Below, one piece after another: positions 62,101 through 64,000 of a stretch of 64,000 nt of DNA. The stretch comes from Octopus vulgaris (Eukaryota): NCBI GenBank assembly GCA_951406725.2, contig OX597816.1, forward strand, positions 79,298,001 to 79,362,000, written 5' to 3'. The notes beneath the pieces were generated by a model that worked only from the letters and a program-made list of their open reading frames with translations, did no database searches and was not told the origin of the DNA. The stretch's first letter is position 1, and each line of letters begins with the position of its first letter. The translations under genes were made by a program, and so were the position numbers.

Positions 62101-63264
62101 TTTTAGATAAGTATGTATAGGTAATGCAACATGACTGAAATGACATAGAAATGACAAGTTCATGTAAAGAAGAAAGAGAGATGTCAGAGATTCAGGATGT
62201 GCAAAAGAAAAAGTGCAAGAGTGTGTTGGCTGATGAATGACATGCAGTGATGACAGACAATAAAAGAGAGGAGGTTGATGGTAGAGTGAATTTTATGCAA
62301 GTGTTCCAATGTAGTCATGCCACTTGGGAGTTTGAATGAAGATGGCATGGTGAATGGGAAATATGTGAGTCTTGTATCCATGAGCTATGCAGTGATAGGG
62401 AAATGTGGAGAGGTTAAGAATAGGTGCTGCATCAGAAAAAAAAATTTACAAAGTTATGATTTACACAAGTCCAAAGTTGTAATCTATTTGTGAATACTGT
62501 ATAAAAAAAAGTACAAAATAAAGACAACAGATATGATTCTAAAACAATATTTCCTTTTGATCTGTTGGGCTTGGCTCTATCAATAAGAATTATCAGTGAA
62601 TTGTAGCAAGTTATAAACATCCTTCAGTTTGTTATAATTCCATATTTTAGATGCTCACTAAGATTGTATAGGGTTAATCCTTTAGAAGTGATGCTAAAGC
62701 ATCAAAACCTGATCAGACCTTTCCAACATCTACTAGCTGGATTTCCCAAATATGACATCATGAAACAACCATAGTGTGTTAGCGAGATCATACCTAGATA
62801 GAGTATTCATTAGTATAGTGAATAGAGATCCAGTAGGTAGTCCTCAGTTTAAAATGGTTGACTACCCAACTTGCAAATTTTTGATCTGCATGATTGACTA
62901 AGATAGGGCTCACAGACAGGAAACATCAGACTGATTAATGTCATTGGCAACTTACTGATTCTCCTCTCTTAAGTTAATATTACACATCAAAAGAATCATG
63001 CTCACCTCATTCTTCTCTGATTTCAAACATTCTGCTTTCAATGCTTCTGTTTATTTGTTGTGTACAATAACAAGCTATTTTTTCAGTTTTGAGAATATTT
63101 TATGACATGAAGTAAATAATGTTGTTGATTTTTTTTCCTCTTTTTCATTAAAGACAGAAGTATTTCCTGTGGTTTCACAGAAGGCACATGCCAGTATAGC
63201 AACTTAACTTACTACTCAGCATGGGAAAGAATAAATTCAAGAAATGATACTAACCTAACAGATG
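3066..63264 (+). CDS. Multi-exon gene, 3'-incomplete: secreted or cell-surface protein with signal peptide + SRCR + at least 6 MAM domains (16 coding exons, about 963 aa in window)
   Basis: Manually spliced join(3066-3159,4628-4757,10217-10374,11275-11427,13372-13612,21735-21829,23226-23351,27269-27616,33373-33531,39019-39369,41627-41725,44453-44797,51182-51325,52064-52200,57908-58106,63154-63264). All introns are GT-AG, phases are compatible, the frame stays open, and SRCR and MAM motifs run across the junctions. No LDLa repeats seen, so no symbol assigned. Confidence 0.9.
3335..4530 (-). mobile_element. Putative non-coding Penelope-like (pLTR-type) element carrying the hammerhead; boundaries approximate
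   Basis: CpG-richer block between TA/CA microsatellites. Contains the hammerhead, a 15-bp tandem repeat (3802-3876), a minus-strand TATA-like TATATAAAGG (about 4157-4166) and a 17-bp hairpin (4301-4344). Confidence 0.45.
3570..3669 (-). ncRNA. Minimal type-I hammerhead ribozyme motif (Penelope-associated type), core boxes intact
   Basis: Minus strand reads AGAC|CUGAAGA|U-UGGAAGUAUGUCG...CGACGUACUUUCA-U|GAAA|C-ACGU-G|UA|GUCU: stem I AGAC/GUCU, long stem II, 1-bp stem III with a palindromic tetraloop, GUA cleavage triplet. Confidence 0.75.
4628..4757 (+). CDS. Exon 2: SRCR N-terminal half ([42 protein letters not shown])
   Basis: Matches SRCR G-x-V-E-I...G-x-W-G-T-V-C...V-C-R-x-L-G pattern; acceptor ttcaaag, donor aa|gtaagt (phase 1 in, phase 2 out). 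Confidence 0.88.
5230..6110 (-). mobile_element. Decayed RTE-like LINE reverse transcriptase fragment
   Basis: Minus-strand peptides [16 protein letters not shown] and [12 protein letters not shown] (non-LTR RT motifs), interrupted by stops. Confidence 0.75.
6652..7862 (+). mobile_element. Decayed mariner (DD34D-type) transposon
   Basis: Fragments [46 protein letters not shown]. Imperfect TIRs gaaaagttcatagtccga (about 6653) and tcagtctatgaacatttc (about 7836). Frameshifted. Confidence 0.88.
8061..8486 (+). mobile_element. tRNA-derived SINE, family A (octopus-type), with internal microsatellite
   Basis: Head ggagtggctgtgtggtaag...ggttcagtccc (A/B-box-like), tail (gtaaaaga)n; closely similar copies at 9708, 32674 and 43421. 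Confidence 0.85.
8562..9433 (-). mobile_element. Internally deleted Tc1/mariner-superfamily transposon (maT/DD37D-like)
   Basis: TA-flanked TIRs cagggtgctcaggcaaaaatttgacga and tcatcaaatttagccagatcaccttg; minus-strand peptides [30 protein letters not shown]. Confidence 0.8.
9708..10182 (+). mobile_element. SINE family A copy ending about 35 nt upstream of the exon 3 acceptor
   Basis: Aligns by eye to 8061-8486; expanded internal (TG)n. Confidence 0.85.
10217..10374 (+). CDS. Exon 3: SRCR C-terminal half ([14 protein letters not shown]...SC...LYVRC)
   Basis: C-x-G-x-E-x-x-L-x-x-C SRCR motif; acceptor ttttcag, donor t|gtaagt (phase 2 in, 1 out). Confidence 0.92.
11275..11427 (+). CDS. Exon 4: MAM1 part a (CSFDNNICG...EWQR...PKSDHT)
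   Basis: MAM C-x-F-D/E...C-G, W-x-R and P-x-x-DHT motifs; ttccag / g|gtaatt. Confidence 0.92.
11450..11790 (-). mobile_element. RTE LINE 3'-end fragment with (GAT)n tail
   Basis: catcatcat-ttaatgtc...catgctggcatgggttggac...gctggacacccttcctaacaccaaccac; same tail as the RT-bearing copy at 45055. Confidence 0.75.
12050..12545 (+). mobile_element. RTE-tail element with internal ~55-60 bp tandem units and (GAT)n tail
   Basis: Repeated ggtggcatgtaaaaagcacc units, then ttaggaagggcatccagctgtagaaac...ggacgttaaacgatgatg. Confidence 0.75.
13042..13272 (+). mobile_element. tRNA-derived SINE, family B (Nin/Deu-core-like)
   Basis: aaggcagtgagctg...gagttcaaattt...gcctttcatcttttaggggttgataaaataagt...tttgaaacc; multiple copies in the window. 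Confidence 0.75.
13372..13612 (+). CDS. Exon 5: MAM1 part b (GKYML...[17 protein letters not shown]...[11 protein letters not shown])
   Basis: MAM F-x-YHM-x-G...G-x-L-x-V and G-x-QG-x-x-W motifs; tttttcag / ag|gtaag (phase 2 out). Confidence 0.93.
13930..14130 (+). mobile_element. 5'-truncated R4/Dong-like LINE end inside a (TAA)n array
   Basis: Encodes approximately [20 protein letters not shown], matching the QKxALLGTxxI end of RLE LINEs; (TAA)n on both sides. Confidence 0.65.
15303..18205 (+). mobile_element. Decayed R4/Dong-clade non-LTR retrotransposon with restriction-like endonuclease; RT core deleted
   Basis: WKAPGLD and [11 protein letters not shown] (RT start), then [18 protein letters not shown] zinc knuckle, [15 protein letters not shown]...IIDIACP (PD-D/E nuclease), QKTALLGT. 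Flanked by TAA repeats. Many stops upstream; ORF 17378-18127 is open. Confidence 0.9.
18291..18447 (+). mobile_element. Short RLE-LINE 3' fragment with a 37-bp tandem duplication at its 5' end
   Basis: cctg(c/t)aagaagtgcaaaagattgtcttaactggtaca twice, then a frame reading [20 protein letters not shown]; poly(A) end. Confidence 0.6.
19165..20950 (-). mobile_element. Cluster of five same-orientation SINE family B copies separated by (TAA)n arrays
   Basis: Copies at about 19165-19375, 19635-19830, 19927-20065, 20450-20700 and 20813-20950 share tttcaaattttg...attacatcaaccccag...gaaaggcaaagtcaacct. Confidence 0.8.
21735..21829 (+). CDS. Exon 6: MAM1 part c ([31 protein letters not shown])
   Basis: IIFE...DIALDDV...C MAM C-terminal motif, in a frame not shown in the ORF track; attaaag / a|gtaag. 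Confidence 0.92.
23226..23351 (+). CDS. Exon 7: MAM2 part a ([30 protein letters not shown]...)
   Basis: CDFE..TCGY..W motif; ttaacag / g|gtaatt; 126 nt, phase 1/1; absent from the ORF track. Confidence 0.9.
24700..25810 (+). mobile_element. Highly decayed CR1/L2-group-like LINE remnant
   Basis: [13 protein letters not shown] at about 25233-25280 resembles the RT motif DISKAFDRVW; pyrimidine-rich composition. Boundaries uncertain. Confidence 0.4.
27269..27616 (+). CDS. Exon 8: MAM2 part b (NYLLF...KSP...EFLYYMPG...[11 protein letters not shown]...[13 protein letters not shown])
   Basis: MAM motifs; ttttacag / a|gtaagt; 348 nt, phase 1/1. Confidence 0.93.
29650..30380 (-). mobile_element. 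Penelope-like element 3' remnant (GIY-YIG C-terminal region)
   Basis: ORF 29917-30198: [18 protein letters not shown]...[11 protein letters not shown]...[12 protein letters not shown] matches the LS-x-HIW-x-LK / I-x-W-x-I / CxLC / LLN-x-R-x-E pattern I recall for PLE endonuclease ends. Confidence 0.7.
31270..31690 (-). mobile_element. RTE-tail element with ~60-bp tandem units
   Basis: (CAT)n + shared tail + repeated ttttacatgccac..gcatgggagccagtcag units. Confidence 0.75.
32290..32662 (+). mobile_element. RTE-tail element (younger, CpG-retaining copy)
   Basis: Same tandem units and tail, ending ggacgttaaac(gat)n. Confidence 0.78.
32674..33058 (+). mobile_element. SINE family A copy
   Basis: Aligns by eye to 8061-8486. 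Confidence 0.85.
33373..33531 (+). CDS. Exon 9: MAM3 part a ([15 protein letters not shown]...[19 protein letters not shown])
   Basis: G-x-TPS-x-x-TGP-x-x-D MAM motif; attttag / g|gtaagt. Confidence 0.93.
33757..34054 (+). mobile_element. tRNA-derived SINE, family C (5'-truncated) within a (TA)n array
   Basis: tcgaatccc B-box, gttgtgttcttgagcaaaacactttatttcacgttgctccagttcactcagctg core, (tttaccc) tail; related copies at about 20200-20350(-), 31740-31960(-) and 51600-51900(+). Confidence 0.7.
35024..35096 (+). pseudogene. tRNA-Phe(GAA) pseudogene
   Basis: gctgaaatagctcagctgggagagaattagactGAAgatctaaaggtccctggtttaaacccaggttttacca is colinear with metazoan tRNA-Phe, with lesions in the D stem, T loop (TTT for TTC) and acceptor stem. 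Confidence 0.85.
35295..35525 (-). mobile_element. SINE family B, young copy
   Basis: Minus-strand head aaggcggcgagctggcagaaccattagcatgccgggc and core tttcatcctttcggggtcgataaattaagtaccag. Confidence 0.8.
37135..37830 (-). mobile_element. RTE LINE 3' fragment
   Basis: Shared tail plus the ORF end [16 protein letters not shown] on the minus strand. Confidence 0.8.
37945..38305. repeat. Long imperfect palindrome (~170-bp arms) between TA tracts
   Basis: For example aaaaaattagttaatcctatactcaagttt / aaacttgagtataggattaactaatttttt, centred near 38125; complementarity extends to both ends. Confidence 0.9.
38665..38860 (+). mobile_element. SINE family B, old copy
   Basis: gagttggcagaataattagcatactggg...tttgcttttcatgcttccagagttgataaaataag. 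Confidence 0.65.
39019..39369 (+). CDS. Exon 10: MAM3 part b (GYYMYADAS...[13 protein letters not shown]...[11 protein letters not shown]...GDIAIDNV...GC)
   Basis: Strong MAM consensus; tttgcag / g|gtaat. Confidence 0.95.
41627..41725 (+). CDS. Exon 11: MAM4 part a ([13 protein letters not shown]...AWRIV)
   Basis: CDF..TC.Y..W motif; actgcag / g|gtaaa; 99 nt, phase 1/1. Confidence 0.88.
41781..42870 (-). mobile_element. Decayed Tc1-family transposon
   Basis: TIRs cagtcatgacaaaagtaaatagacac / gtgtctatttacttctgtcatgtct; minus-strand [21 protein letters not shown], degenerate DDE region ([17 protein letters not shown]). Confidence 0.85.
43193..44400 (+). mobile_element. Internally deleted Gypsy (Mag-like) LTR retrotransposon remnant, interrupted by a SINE
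   Basis: LTR-like end ...taaca followed by PBS-like tggcaacgag (44101); gag-like [19 protein letters not shown]...IEEFHYKPD; pre-[18 protein letters not shown]. The 5' boundary (TGTTG at 43193) is tentative. Confidence 0.6.
43421..43815 (-). mobile_element. SINE family A copy, reverse orientation
   Basis: Reverse complement of 8061-8486; accounts for the spurious 218-aa ORF at 43348. Confidence 0.87.
44453..44797 (+). CDS. Exon 12: MAM4 part b (KYLYI...QSP...TFKYRMRG...TAC...LIFQ...[12 protein letters not shown])
   Basis: Divergent MAM motifs; ttttacag / t|gtaag; 345 nt, phase 1/1. Confidence 0.9.
45055..46680 (-). mobile_element. RTE-clade LINE, 5'-truncated and decayed
   Basis: Minus strand [25 protein letters not shown] (YADD catalytic motif) and [16 protein letters not shown]; shared tail with (GAT)n. 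Confidence 0.9.
47232..47770 (-). mobile_element. RTE-tail element with about six tandem ~60-bp units
   Basis: Shared tail plus repeated ggtgc.ttt.atgtgccac.ggca.gg..gccagt units. Confidence 0.78.
47775..48940. repeat. Compound (TA)n / (TATG)n / tataag microsatellite field flanking an inserted element
   Basis: Directly visible; explains the long Y/I/T-rich ORFs. Confidence 0.95.
48020..48567 (+). mobile_element. Possible non-autonomous Helitron-type element
   Basis: Starts ataaatgtataatggtgtctgtctg and ends caagcaatgctgggtctaacagCTAG|t, a decayed subterminal hairpin plus CTAG; non-coding. Confidence 0.45.
51182..51325 (+). CDS. Exon 13: MAM5 part a ([16 protein letters not shown]...YNWSR)
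   Basis: C-x-FE...LC..W-x-R motif; tcaacag / t|gtaagt. Confidence 0.9.
52064..52200 (+). CDS. Exon 14: MAM5 part b ([14 protein letters not shown]...SLYFDYYL...GKLQ)
   Basis: YYMYVD MAM motif; long pyrimidine tract then cag / cag|gtatgg (phase 0 out). Confidence 0.9.
52260..53465 (-). mobile_element. RTE-clade LINE 3' fragment
   Basis: ORF 52752-53108 [15 protein letters not shown]...RLCWYGHV...GRGRSRKTW, typical of the RTE C-terminus. Confidence 0.88.
53490..53668 (+). mobile_element. Short RTE-tail copy, opposite orientation to its neighbour
   Basis: gttaggaagggcatccagctatagaaacc...atgccagcatggaaaatgaatgttaaatgatgat. Confidence 0.7.
55305..56090. repeat. Long inverted repeat (~295-bp arms, ~190-bp spacer)
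   Basis: For example tataggcatgtataagataaaatc / gattttatcttatacatgcctata and aaaagttcaaattagaatttaatatccac / gtggatattaaattctaatttgaactttt. Confidence 0.9.
56221..56304 (-). ncRNA. Minimal type-I hammerhead motif, one lesion in stem III
   Basis: Minus strand UGG|CUGAUGA|UUGCU...AGCAU|GAAA|C-GAUC-a|UA|CCA. The stem III G appears changed to A, consistent with CpG decay. Confidence 0.6.
56548..56755 (+). mobile_element. Tc1/mariner-type MITE, copy 1 (strand arbitrary)
   Basis: TA|cagggcgacccagaagttgcaca ... tgcacgacttctgggacaccctg|TA; 208 bp. Confidence 0.85.
56825..57023. repeat. Imperfect palindrome (~95-bp arms)
   Basis: tcttgtcagttatcaaggca / tgccttgataactgacaaga around the centre at about 56924; extends to taatatgtgataattattc / gaataattgtcacatatta. 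Confidence 0.9.
57589..57796 (-). mobile_element. Tc1/mariner-type MITE, copy 2, inverted relative to copy 1
   Basis: Reverse complement aligns along its whole length with 56548-56755; TA-flanked. Confidence 0.85.
57908..58106 (+). CDS. Exon 15: MAM5 part c (LHLEN...GLWNSVC...IVFTATRG...IGLTNV...VCE)
   Basis: W..C, IVF.A.RG and terminal Cys; ttttcag / g|gtaag; phase 0 in matches exon 14. Confidence 0.9.
60425..60685. repeat. Degenerate minisatellite, ~14-16 bp unit (consensus ctggtttcacaaat), about 17 copies
   Basis: Units such as ctggattcacaaat, ctggtttcacaaat, ctggcttcacaaat, ttggatttcataaaat. Confidence 0.8.
63154..63264 (+). CDS. Exon 16: MAM6 part a ([26 protein letters not shown]...)
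   Basis: C-x-F..GTC-x-Y..W-x-R motif; pyrimidine tract + taaag / g|gtaagt; not in the ORF track. Confidence 0.87.
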
Positions 63265-63726
63265 GTAAGTAATTATTCTTTATTTTATATTGCATGAGCC
63301 TTCTTTTATTTCTGATGAATGTATATTTATCAGCAGACTTATGTGTTCAGTTAGTTATCTTTGATTTTTGGGCTTGAAATATAAAGAAGTAAACTTGTGG
63401 AAAACTGAGTCTAAAGCTAAGATTCAATTACTTGTTCAAACCTTTCTACATTTTAATATCTTTGCATGGACATAGGTAAATTCTCATTGAAGCCTTGATA
63501 AATATTTTGTTTTTTTGTTTGGTTTGCACCATTTATCGCTTTGAGGTATTTTGATGTTTATGCTCTTATATAACTTTTATATCATTTTATATCACTTATC
63601 AGTTTATCATTAAAAGGAAATTGCATCTTTGACTCTTAAGGATCTACATATTGGTCAAACAATTTGAATTTTGTGAAGGATAGCAGTTTTGCTGATTGCT
63701 TATATTTACTACATGCATGCACGCAT

Positions 63727-63758
<32 letters not shown>

Positions 63759-64000
63759 CTGTTTGCAGAGAAAAACTAGAGTCAAACATATTTACACACT
63801 TAAAGAAAAAACTTTTCAAACAGCAAACATTTATTTGTTTTTGTTTCTTTTATACTGCTCCTTTTATATTTTTGAGCTAAAAAACATGAAAATCAACAAA
63901 TAACTGTGATCAACAGTTATTTGGATTTTTGCAGCAGACCTAATCAATAAGGTATCATCATACAAGTGAAAGTATTTTCAGCTGGTTTCTATCACCACCG

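Noticed and set aside
3066-63264. Assigning the symbol MALRD1, MAMDC2, MAMDC4 or DMBT1
   Set aside because: Domain order and cysteine pattern do not match those genes in the visible part; orthology cannot be established without a search.

Overview
AT-rich, microsatellite-dense animal genomic DNA. The SINE families and repeat landscape point to an octopus (coleoid cephalopod) genome; this is inference. One + strand gene spans the window. I could splice 16 coding exons (3066-63264; GT-AG throughout, phases compatible, 2890 nt, about 963 codons, no internal stop) encoding signal peptide, one group-A SRCR domain and at least six tandem MAM domains. The gene continues past the window end. The MAM domains are atypical: one cysteine is relocated, long and short types alternate, and MAM3 and MAM5 each carry an extra cysteine. 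The introns are packed with decayed mobile DNA: mariner, maT-like and Tc1 transposons, RTE and R4/Dong-like LINEs, a Penelope-like GIY-YIG remnant, a Gypsy remnant, several tRNA-derived SINE families and MITEs. The most striking unannotated signal is a set of minimal type-I hammerhead-ribozyme motifs of the Penelope-associated kind at seven loci. One has all core boxes intact (3570-3669, minus strand), one is nearly intact (56221-56304), and several lie in long palindromes. Every solitary copy is antisense to the host gene. Also notable are a tRNA-Phe/RTE-tail chimera and a (TAA)n intron that has collected four different restriction-like-endonuclease LINE ends. Almost all ORFs in the supplied track are microsatellite or repeat artefacts.
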